This document shows, piece after piece, positions 31,101 to 43,100 of a DNA stretch of 64,000 nucleotides. Made by a program: the position numbers and the translations under genes. The DNA comes from Heterodontus francisci (Eukaryota), in the NCBI RefSeq assembly GCF_036365525.1, contig NC_090418.1:4999492-5063491 (forward strand). The letters run 5' to 3'. Every line of letters starts with the position of its first letter. Positions within the stretch are counted from its first letter, which is position 1. The notes beneath the pieces were generated by a model, which ran no database searches, was not told the DNA's origin, and saw only the letters and a list, made by a program, of their open reading frames with translations.

Positions 31101-34100
31101 CACGTCCACTGACTCCCTTTATCAATTCTGTTAGTAACATCCTCAAAAAATCTCCCAACAGGTTCGTCAAACATGATTTCCCATTCATAAATCCATGCTG
31201 ACTATGCCCAATCAGATCATTATTATCCAAGTGTCCATTTATCACATCCTTTAGAATAGATTCTAGCATTCTCCCAATGACTGTAAGGCTAACAGGTCTG
31301 TAATTCCCTGTTTTCCTCTCCCTTTTTAAACAGTGGGGTGACATTTGCTACCTTCCAATCTGTAGGAACTGCTCCAGAATCTATAGAATTTTGGAAGATG
31401 ATCACTTGGATTTCTAATTCTGGGAGATTTCTTGTATCTTCCTCAGTGAAGACAGACACAAAGTAATTATTTAGCTTCTCTCCCATTTCTCTATTCCAAA
31501 TTATAAATTCTCCTGACTTTCCCTGTAATGGACCCACGTTTGTCTTATCCAAATGTTTCCTTTTTACGTACCTATAGAAGCTTTTACAGTCCATTTTTAC
31601 GTTTTTTGTTAGCTTGCATTCAGTTTCTTCGTCCTCCTTTCCTGTGTTCTAAAATCCTCCCAATCCTCAGGTTTACTACTATTTCTGGCAACTTTACAGG
31701 TCTTTTCTTTTAATCTTTACAATCCTTAACTTCCTTTGTTATCCACGGTTGGCTGGCTTTACTTTTTGGGGTTTTTGTGCCTTGAAGGAATGTATAGTTG
31801 CCGTAAACTATGTAATATTTCTTTAAAGATTATCCATTGCCTATGTACTGTCATACCTTTTAATGTATTTTCCCAATCCACCTCAGCCGAAATGCCCCTC
31901 ATACCTTCATAATTTCCTTTGTTCAAATTTAGCACCCTGGCTTCAGATTGAACTACCTCACTTTCAAACATTATGCAAAATTCTATCATATTATGGTCAC
32001 TCATCCCTAAAGGTTCTTTTACAACAAGATTATTAATTATCCCTTTCTCATTACATAATACTAGATCTAAAATAGCCTGTACTCTAGTCTGTTCCTCAAT
32101 ATACTGCTCTAGAAAACCATCCCTAACATATTCCATATACTCGTCCTCCACTGCATTAGTACTCATGAGGTTTACCCAGTCTATATGCAAAAATAAGTCA
32201 CCCGTGTATTACCCATTCTACATGCTTCTCTAATCTCCTGATTAATGCCGTGGCCCTCACTACCACTACTGTTTGGTGGCCTATAAACAACTCCGACCAA
32301 TGTTTGCTGCCCCTTGCTGTTTCCTAGCTCCACCCAAACAGATTCCACATTTTGTTCTTCTGATCTGAGATCCTCCCTTACTAATGTACTGATCCCATCC
32401 CTTATTATCAGTGCAACAGCACCTCCTTTTCCTTTTTGCCTGTCTTTCCTAAATGTCAAATATCCTTGTTCCCAGTCTTAGTCACCCCATGGCCACGTTT
32501 CTGTTATGGTAATTAGATCGTACCTATTTACCTCTATTTGGGCCTTTAAATCATCTACCTTGTTGCGAATGCTGCATGCATTCAGGTAGAGTACCCTTAA
32601 CCTTGTCGTCTTGACATTCTGCATTCCAAGTCTAGTTGATGCTCGCCTTTATTTCGCCTACCTTCGAATGTCACTTGCTACTTTTCTACCTCCAGTTACC
32701 AGCTTTACCTCCTTCCAATTTGAGCTACCCCTCAGGTTCCCATCCCCCATACAAACTAGTTTAAACCCTCCCCAACAGCACTAGCAAATTTCCCTGCGAG
32801 GATGTTAGTTCCGGTTCTGTTAAGGTGTCGCCTGCCCATCTTGTACTGGTTCCACTTGCCCCAGAACCGATCCCAATGCCTCAGAAATCTGATGTCCTCT
32901 CTCCTACCTTCCCAAATTATAATAATTTTTATTGTTTAATCGTAAACAAAAATAGAAAATGACACTCTGGTACAATTATCTCCTGCCCTGTAATCCTGCT
33001 TCATCTGAAGGCTTCACTTCGTGTTGAGTCCAAATATGCTTATCCACAGGAGATAATTTTTTTAATTAAGGTACTGAGTAAAAGAGGTAGAAAAGGGGCA
33101 CTGTGTTGCCAGTGACCTTTTGTGTATCACTTCACATTTTGACCTTTGCTCTTTAACCTTTGCACTGTTTCCAGAGCTAAATTTAAATCCAAGGAATCCA
33201 GCGGCTGAACTTACGGTGATCAATGCCAGGAATATTAGAGAAGAGTGGCAGTTGCCAGCGCTGCAGTATTGCTTTGCCACCAGGTAGCACAATCTTCCTG
33301 CTTCGTGCCAACTAGCCCGAGTTAACGTAAGCAAAATAACAGCAATGAAGAAAATAATGGCACTAAAAAGTGACAAACCCCCAGGACCAAATGGTTTCCA
33401 TCTCAGGGTTTAAAGGAAGTAGGTGAGAACATTGCAGATGCCCTAACAATAATCTTCCAAATTTCTCTCGATTCTGGAACCATTCATTTAGATTGGAAAC
33501 TTTACATGTCACTCAGCTATTTAAGAAAGTTGAGAGAGGGAAACAAGGGAATTGTAGACCATTTAGCCTAACATCTGTTGTTAGGAAATTACTAGAGTCT
33601 ATAATTAAAAGATAGGGTGACTGAACATCTGATCAGCGAGAGCTAGCATGGATTTGTAAAGGATTGGTCATGCTTGATGAATCTGATTTAATTTTTTTAG
33701 GAGGTGACTAAAGTAGTGGTCAAGGGAATGTCTATGGATGTTATTTATAATGGACTTCCAGAAGGAATTTTATCAAGTCCCTTATAAGGGACTGTTAGCT
33801 AAAGTTGAAGTTCATGGAATTGAAAGCAAATTATTGATCTGGTTAGGAAATTGGCTGAGTCATAGGAGACAGAGTAGGGATAATGGACAGGTACTGTAAT
33901 TGTCAGAATGTGACTAGTGGTGGCCCACAAGGATCTGTATCGGGGCCTCAACTGTTCATATTTACTAGATAATGGAGTAGAAAGCCACCTATCCAAATTT
34001 GTCGTGCTGCAAAAATAGTAGCATTGTAAGATTGAAGCGTAACATTATGAAGAGATATTGATAGATTCAGTGAATGGGTAAAACTGGCAAATGATTTCGG

Positions 34101-37100
34101 TGTAGGCATATGTGAAGTCATCCACTTAGGATCTAAAAAGGATAGAGCAGAGTACTCTTCAAATGGTGAAAATCTAGGAACAGTGGAGGTTTAAAGAGAG
34201 TCCATTAAAATGTCTTGACAGTTATAGAATATAATCAAAAAGGCTAATGGAATTCTGCCCTTTAAATCTATAGGGATACAATACAAGGGGTAGAAGCCAT
34301 GCTTCAGCTATACAAAGCCCTGCTTAGACCACACTGGGGGTGTTGTCAGCCATTCTGAGCACTGCACCTTAGGAAGGATATATTAGCCTTGGAGGAAGTG
34401 AGCGTAAACTTACCAGAATGAAGCCTTGACGCCAAGGAATAAATTACATGGAGAAATTGCACAAACTAGGGTGTATGTCCTGGAATTTAGAAGGTTGATT
34501 TGATTGAAGTTTTCAAGAATTTAAGGGGAACAGATAGGGTAGATAGAGATAAACTATTGCCACTGCTTGGGGAGTCTAGGACTAGAGGGCCCAGCCTAAA
34601 AATTAGAGCCAAACCTTTCAGGAGTGAAATTAGGAAACAGTCCGACATGCAAAGGGTGGTAGAAGTTTGGAATTCTCTTCCACAAATGGCAATTGATGCT
34701 CGATCAGTTGTTAAATTTAAAACTGACATTTATAGATTCTTGTTCACCAAAGGTGTTAAGGGATATGGGGCAATGGCATGTATATGAAGTTAGGTTGCAG
34801 ATCAGCCATGATCTCATTGAATGGCAGGACAGGCTTCGGGGGCTGAATGACCTCCACCTGTTCCTGTGTTCTTTGTGTGTACACTTTGGACTTTCCTAAT
34901 AACTGACAAGGGGGATCACCTTGTGTATTGTACAGCAAGGCAAAAAGATCAAGTTACATAGTTCATTAACACAACAAAAAAAACTCATGAACATTAATGC
35001 TGTGAAGGACGAGTTTCTGGAGTAGGTTAGGGGATGGTTTTCTAGAGCAGTATGCTGAGGAACCGACTAGAGAAAAGGCTATTTTAGATCTAAAGGGAGT
35101 CAGTGGATGTGGTATACTTGGATTTTCAGAAGGCTTTTGATAAAGTCCCCTGCAGGAGGTTGGGATTGGTTAAAAGGCAGAAGGCTGCGTTTTCTGACAA
35201 CGCAGCCACTAGGTGGTGCAGTACTTACACATGCACAGATTCATTATTGTGATTCGTTTATATGACTGACCAGGGCTGATTTCACCGGAACGCAGCTACT
35301 AGCTCCCGCCCCACAGGCCTTTCCCCCCTCCTCCCTACTGGCTGCTTCCCCCCCTTCAAGCGTTCACTTGAGACCTTGCTGTCTCCCCCACTTCCCTGGC
35401 CGATTGTTCCCCACTCGCGCCACTCTGTCCTCCAGTCATTCATTCGCTCCCCAACCCCCGCCCCACCACCCCTCCAGCGCTAGCTCTAGGCTGCGCTGCT
35501 TCCCTCCTCTCAGCAACTCGCTGCCACGTTTGATCAGCTACCATGAGCCGCCCGAAGAAGCAAGGCGGGCTGCATGGAGTGACATAGGAGCAAGTGGCCG
35601 AGAGGAGGGAAGCAGTGCGGCCTAGAGTTAGCGGCTGGAGGGGGTGTGGGGAAGCGGGGAGCGAAAGGCCGGAGAGGGGGGGGGGTGCCGCAAAGCGAGA
35701 AACAATCGGCCGGTGGTGGGGGGAGAGCAGCAAGGTCTGGAGCGAGCGGCTGAGGGGAGCAAGCATCGAGGCCTGGATTGAGTTGCTGAGGGAGGAGAGC
35801 TCCAGCCTCAAAGTCTCCCATTCAGCCGCTTCCTCCAGCTGAGTGGGGTATGGATGCCTGATGACGCTTTAGCGTGCATGCGCGAGGATGGACCAGGTGT
35901 GGATACGCAATGACGTCACCCCGCGCATGCGCTACTTAGTCCTGGCCAGATGTAGCTGTGCACGTGCGCAGCTTGGCGCACTCTGATGACGTCTGCGGGC
36001 GGCTGCATTGTCAGGAATCACTTTGAAGGCAGAAGCAGAGAGTAGGAATAAACGGGTCATTCTTGCGTTGGCAAGCTGTGACTAGTGGGGTACTGCAGGG
36101 ATCAGTGCTTGGGCCCCAGCTGTTCACAATATATATCAATGATTTGGATGTGAGGACTAAATGTAGTATTTCCAAGTTCGAGGATTACACAAAACTAGGT
36201 GTGGAAGATGCAAAGCGGCTTCAAGGGGATTTGGACAGAATTAGTGAATGGACAAGAATGTGGCAGATGGAATATAATGTGGAAAAATGTGAGGTTATCC
36301 ACTTTGGTAGGAGGAACAGATGTGCAGAGTATTTCTTAAATGGTAAGAGATTAGAAAGTGTACAAAGGGACCTGGGTGTCCTTGTCAATAAGTCACTGAA
36401 AGCTGACATGCAGGTGCAGCAAGCAATTAAGAAGGCTGATGGTATGTTAACTTTTATCACAAGAGGATTTGAGTACAGGAGTAGTGAAGTCTTGCTTCAA
36501 TTGTATAGAACCTTGGTTAGACCGCATCAAGAGTACTGTGCAGTTTTGATCCCCTCACCTTCGGAAGGATATTATTGCCATAGAGGGAGTGCAACGAAGG
36601 TTCACCAGACTTGTTCCTGGGATGGCAGGACTGTCCTATGAAGAGAGATTGGGGAAACTGGGCCTGTAGAGTTTCGAAGAATGAGAGGTGATCTCATTGA
36701 AACCTACAAAATGCTTAAAGGGAGAGACAGGGTAGATTGCAGCTAAGAGGTTTCCCCTGGTTGGGGAATCTAGAACCAGGGGACATAATTTCAAAGTAAG
36801 GGGGAAGCCACTGAGGACAGAGAAGAGGAGAAATTTCTTTACTCTGAGGGTTGTGAATCTTTGGAATTCTCTACCCCAGAGGGCTGTGGAAGCTCAGTCA
36901 CTGAGTATGTTTAAAGCAAAGATTGACAGATTTCTAAGTTAACATACAGATCAGCCATGATCTAATTGAATGTCTCGAAGGGCTGCATGACCTACTCCTG
37001 TTCCTATGTAACATGTAGAATGGAGTTATGGGGTAGGGGGGCGGGGCGGTCGCGCAGGTGCCGGATGGATGAGGCACAATAGATGGAATAGTGTTTCTCA

Positions 37101-40100
37101 ACTAAACCTGTGATCTTTGAGGGACATTTTATTTCACAGTGATTAACATCAGCAACCGACACATTTCTATCACACTTCATTAGTCTCTCCTTCTCTCAGC
37201 CAATGTGAGATTCAAAGCCCTGTGCAGCACTTGACACACTGCAGTGAGTTAATCTCCGGCAGCTGTCTACCATGCTGTTTCCATGAAGTTAGTGTTGAGA
37301 AGTGGCAGCATTTCCGATGTATTGAAAAGAGAGAGATTTTCCCCTTTGCAGTGCTGAGGGCCCCTTTCTCTCTTTGCTTAAAAACATCCCCCATTTTTGT
37401 CCCATAGTTCTTGAGATGCTGTCTTTTGTTTGGATAGGCCACTTCAGACATAGTGATGGACAGAAAATGCCCCTCTGGTCCATCCCGCCTGGCCCACACA
37501 ACTGTAATGCCAATATTTACGGTCCTCTCCTCCCTAAAGTTATGTGATCTCCCAGGAGAGGTGAAAAACCAAATAACCCAGGCTAGTTAGGGGGTCACAA
37601 ATCTGGAACATTCCTCTCCCACCCCTTTGGGCAATCAAAACTCATCCAGGAGGCCACTTTGGCCCTGATGAAGGATATGCAATACCTGTTATACAAGGTG
37701 ATCTCCACCCCAGCCAGAAACAGACCCTGCTCTCACCAAGTATCTGCTTTTCATCTGTAGAATCCAAACAGTGAGTGTTGGCAGGTTAATTGACCATTGA
37801 CAGGAGTGGAATGGGGGGGCAGGATCTGTCAGAGCCATATCTGATCCTGCCCTAACTCAACATCCCCCCACACATGCAGTTTCCAGCAGGATTCACTGCG
37901 TAACAGTCTGGTGCAGGAAACCTGGATGATTTTAATCCCTCCTTCACAGCCTAGGGTCAATGAGACCCATTGAAACAGCTCAACTGCTGCCCCAGCTGAA
38001 ATCATCTCACTCGGCAGTGACAGAATCAAACCGGAATCTTCTGGTCTGAAAAGACTAGAATTTTCTCCTTTGTGTGAACTCTCATATAATTCTAAAATCT
38101 TTCCAAGCAATTACTTGGGTGGGGACAGAATCTCAACATTTGTGATACTTCCCGATGTACAGTTTTACCTCAATGAGAAGAACCACTTGTGAAATTATAT
38201 GAAATTCTCTCGGTTTCACTCAGCATAAATGTTCTCCAGATATTGAAGTTTGAAACATGTGTGCTGTGAAACCTTAGATATTCTTACTAAGTTGCACATA
38301 CTAATAGATTTGTAATTGGACCCTGTTTAATTGTTGGTGCAGGAAGGAATTGTCAGAGCTACGATCTGGAGATCTGTGTGACATCATTGGCCTTGTTACC
38401 TTTGTCGGTAGACAGGAGCGTATCCGCAACAAAGGTATGTACAGTAACTCTCCCAGCACCTGTCACCCTCTGTACCTCACTGCCAGTGGCGTGCAAGCCT
38501 CCGTACCTCACTGCCAGGCCCCTGTCACACCCTACGCGTCACCCTCCCAGGCACCTGTCACGCCCTGCTCCTCCCTCCCAGGCACCTGTCACCCCCTGCT
38601 CCTCCCTCCCGGGCACCTGTCACCCCCTGCTCTGCACCTCCCTCCCAGGGCACCTGTCACCCCCTGCTCCTCACCTGCCAGGCACCTGTCACCCCCTGCT
38701 CCTCACCTCCCAATAATCTGTCACCCCCTGCACTTCACTCCGAGGCACCTGTCACCCCCTGCACTTCACTCCCAGGCACCTGTCACCCCCTGCTCCTCAC
38801 CTCCCAGGCACCTGTCACCCCCCTGCTCCTCACCTCCCAGGCACCTGTCACCCCCCTGCTCCTCACCTGCCAGGCACCTGTCACCCCCTGCTCCTCACCT
38901 GCCAGGCACCTGTCACCCCCTGCTCCTCACCTCCCAATAATCTGTCACCCCTTGCACTTCACTCCCAGGCACCTGTCACCTCCTGCTCATCCCTCCCAGG
39001 CACCTGTCACCCCCTGCTCATCCCTCCCAGGCACCTGTCACCCCCTGCTCCTCACCTCCCAGGCACCTATCACCCCCTGCAGCTCCCTCCCAGGCACCTG
39101 TCACCCCCTGCTCCTCCCTCCCAGGCACCTGTCACCCCCCTGCTCCGCACCTCCCTCCCAGGCACCTGTCACCCCCCTGCTCCTCCCTCCCAGGCACCTG
39201 TCACCCCCCTGCTCCACACCTCCCTCCCAGGCACCTGTCACCCCCTGCTCCTCCCTCCCAGGCACCTGTCACCCCCTGCACATCACCCCCTGCTCCTCCC
39301 TCCCAGGCATCTTTCATCCCCTGCTCCTCCCTCCCAGGCACCTGTCACACCCTGCTCCTCCCTCCCAGGCACCTGTCACCCCCCTGCTCCTCACCTGCCA
39401 GGCACCTGTCACCCCCTGCTCCTCACCTGCCAGGCACCTGTCACCCCCTGCTCCTCACCTCCCAATAATCTGTCACCCCTTGCACTTCACTCCCAGGCAC
39501 CTGTCACCCCCTGCTCATCCCTCCCAGGCACCTGTCACCCCCTGCTCCTCACCTCCCAGGCACCTGTCACCCCCTGCAGCTCCCTCCCAGGCACCTGTCA
39601 CCCCCTGCTCCTCCCTCCCAGGCACCTGTCACCCCCCTGCTCCTCACCTGCCAGGCACCTGTCACCCCCTGCTCCTCACCTGCCAGGCACCTGTCACCCC
39701 CTGCTCCTCACCTCCCAATAATCTGTCACCCCTTGCACTTCACTCCCAGGCACCTGTCACCCCCTGCTCATCCCTCCCAGGCACCTGTCACCCCCTGCTC
39801 CTCACCTCCCAGGCACCTGTCACCCCCTGCTCCTCCCTCCCAGGCACCTGTCACCCCCCTGCTCCGCACCTCCCTCCCAGGCACCTGTCACCCCCCTGCT
39901 CCTCCCTCCCAGGCACCTGTCACCCCCCTGCTCCACACCTCCCTCCCAGGCACCTGTCACCCCCTGCTCCTCCCTCCCAGGCACCTGTCACCCCCTGCAC
40001 GTCACCCCCTGCTCCTCCCTCCCAGGCATCTTTCATCCCCTGCTCCTCCCTCCCAGGCACCTGTCACACCCTGCTCCTCCCTCCCAGGCACCTGTCACCA

Positions 40101-43100
40101 CCTGCTCCTCCCTCCCAGACACCTGTCACTCCCCTGCTCCACACCTCCCTCCCAGGCACCTGTCACCCCCTGCTCCTCCCTCCCAGGCACCTGTCACCCC
40201 CTGCACGTCACCCCCTGCTCCTCCCTCCCAGGCATCTTTCATCCCCTGCTCCTCCCTCCCAGGCACCTGTCACCCCCTGCACGTCACCCCCTGCTCCTCC
40301 CTCCCAGGCACCTGTCACCACCTGCTCCTCCCTCCCAGTCACCTGTCACCCCCTGCACCTCACTTCCAGGCACCTGTCACTCCCCTGCTCCGCACCTGTC
40401 ACTCCCAGGCACCTGTCACTCCCCTGCTCCGCACCTCCCTCCCATGCACCTGTCACCCCCTGCTCCTCCCTCCCAGGCACCTGTCACCCCCTGCTGCTCC
40501 CTCCCAGGCACCTGGCACCCCCTGCACGTCACCCCCTGCTCCTCCCTCCCAGGCACCTGTCACCCCCTGCTCCTCACCTCCCAGGCACCTGTCACCCCCT
40601 GCTCCTCACCTCCCAGGCACCTGTCACCCCCTGCTCCTCACCTCCCAGGCACCTGTCACCCCCTGCTCCTCACCTCCCAGGCACCTGTCACCCCCTGCTC
40701 CTCACCTCCCAGGCACCTGTCACCCCCTGCTCCTCACCTCCCAATAATCTGTCACCCCCTGCACTTCACTCCCAGGCACCTGTCACCCCCCTGCCCCTCA
40801 CCTCCCAGGCACCTGTCACCCCCCTACTCCTCACCTCCCAGGCACCTGTCACCCCCTGCTCCTCACCTGCCAGGCACCTGTCACCCCCTGCTCCTCACCT
40901 CCCAATAATCTGTCACCCCCTGCACTTCACTCCCAGGCACCTGTCACCCCCTGCACCTTACTCCCAGGCACCTGTCACCCCCTGCTCCTCCCTCCCAGGC
41001 ACCTGTCACCCCCCTGCTCCTCTCTCCCAGGCACCTGTCACCCCCCTGCTCCACACCTCACTCCCAGGCACCTGTCACCCCCTGCTCCTCACTCCCAGGC
41101 ACCTGTCACTCCCAGGTACCTGTCACTTATCTGCTCCGCACCTCCCTCCCAGGCACCTGTCACCCCTCTGCTCCGCTCCTCCCTCCCAGGCACCTGTCAC
41201 CCCCCTGCTCCTCCCTCCCAGGCACCTTTCACACCCTGCTCCTCCCTCCCAGGCACCTTTCACACCCTGCTCCTCCCTCCCAGGCACCTGTCACCCCCTG
41301 CTCCTCCCTCCCAGGCACCTTTCACACCCTGCTCCTCCCTCCCAGGCACCTGTCACCCCCTGCTCCTCCCTCCCAGGCACCTTTCACACCCTGCTCCTCC
41401 CTCCCAGGCACCTTTCACACCCTGCTCCTCCCTCCCAGGCACCTGTCACCCCCTGCTCCTCCCTCCCAGGCACCTTTCACACCCTGCTCCTCCCTCCCAG
41501 GCACCTGTCACACCCGCTCCTCCCTCCCAGGCACCTTTCACACCCTGCTCCTCCCTCCCAGACACCTGTCACCCCCTGCTCCTCCCTCCCAGGCACCTGT
41601 CACCCCCTGCTCCTCCCTCCCAGGCATCTTTCACCCCCTGCTCCTCCCTTCCAGGCATCTTTCACCCCCTGCTCTTCCCTCCCAGGCACCTGTCACCCCC
41701 CTGCTCCGCACCTGTCACTCCCAGGCACCTGTCACTCCCCTGCTCCGCTCCTCCCTCCCAGGCACCTGTCACCCCCTGCTCTTCCCTCCCAGGCACCTGT
41801 CACCCCCCTGCTCCGCACCTGTCACTCCCAGGCACCTGTCACTCCCCTGCTCCGCTCCTCACTCCCAGGCATCTGTCACTCCCCTGCTCCGCACCTGTCA
41901 CTCCCAGGCACCTGTCACTCCCCTGCTCCGCTCCTCCCTCCCAGGCACCTGTCACCCCCTGCTCCTCCCTCCCAGGCACCTGTCACCCCCTGCTCCTCCC
42001 TCCCAGGCACCTGTCACCACCTGCTCCTCCCTCCCAGACACCTGTCACTCCCCTGCTCCACACCTCCCTCCCAGTCACCTGTCACCCCCTGCACCTCACT
42101 TCCAGGCACCTGTCACTCCCCTGCTCCGCACCTGTCACTCCCAGGCACCTGTCACTCCCCTGCTCCGCATCTCCCTCCCAGGCACCTGTCACCCCCTGCT
42201 CCTCCCTCCCAGGCACCTGTCACCCCCTGCACCTCCCTCCCAGGCACCTGTCACCCCCTGCTGCTCCCTCCCAGGCACCTGGCACCCCCTGCTCCTCCCT
42301 CCCAGGCACCTTTCACCCCCTGCTCCTCCCTCCCAGGCACCTTTCACACCCTGCTCCTCCCTCCCAGGCACCTGTCACCCCCTGCTCCTCACCTACCAGG
42401 CACCTGTCACCCCCTGCTCCTCACCTCCCAATAATCTGTCACCCCCTGCACTTCACTCCCAGGCACCTGTCACCCCCTGCACTTTACTCCCAGGCACCTG
42501 TCACCCCCCTGCACCTCCCTCCCAGGCACCTGTCACCCCCTGCTCCTCCCTCCCAGGCACCTGTCACCTCCTGCTCCTCCCTCCCAGGCACCTGTCACCC
42601 CCTGCTCCTCCCTCCCAGTCACCTGTCACCCCCTGCACCTCACTCCCAGGCACCTGTCACCACCTGCTCATCCCTCCCAGACACCTGTCACTCCCCTGCT
42701 CCACACCTCCCTCCCAGTCACCTGTCACCCCCTGCACCTCACTCCCAGGCACCTGTCACTCCCCTGCTCCGCACCTGTCACTCCCAGGCACCTGTCACTC
42801 CCCTGCTCCGCACCTCCCTCCCAGGCACCTTTCACCCCCTGCTCCGCCCTCCCAGGCACCTGTCACCCCCTGCTCCTCCCTCCCAGGCACCTGTCACCCC
42901 CTACTGCTCCCTCCCAGGCACCTGGCACCCCCTGCACGTCACCCCCTGCTCCTCCCTCCCAGGCACCTGTCACCCCCCTGCTCCACACCTCCCTCCCAGG
43001 CACCTGTCACCCCCTGCACCTCCCTCCCAGGCACCTGTCTCCCCCTGCTCCTCCCTCCCAGGCACCTGTCACCCCCTGCTCCTCCCTCCCAGGCACCTGT

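Larger units (their letters stand above)
25050..32905 (-). mobile_element. Older CR1 LINE (25050-25345 plus 30235-32905) split by a younger CR1
   Basis: Decayed APE endonuclease and RT (SKFADDTKLG, GNYRPVSLT) fragments; sequence is continuous across the CATCTTA duplication. Confidence 0.8.

Noticed and set aside
38952-42434. 1160-aa Pro/Ser/His-rich ORF and overlapping ORFs
   Set aside because: Translation of the 31-bp minisatellite, open in several frames, no ATG start, and lies in RADX-like intron 5.
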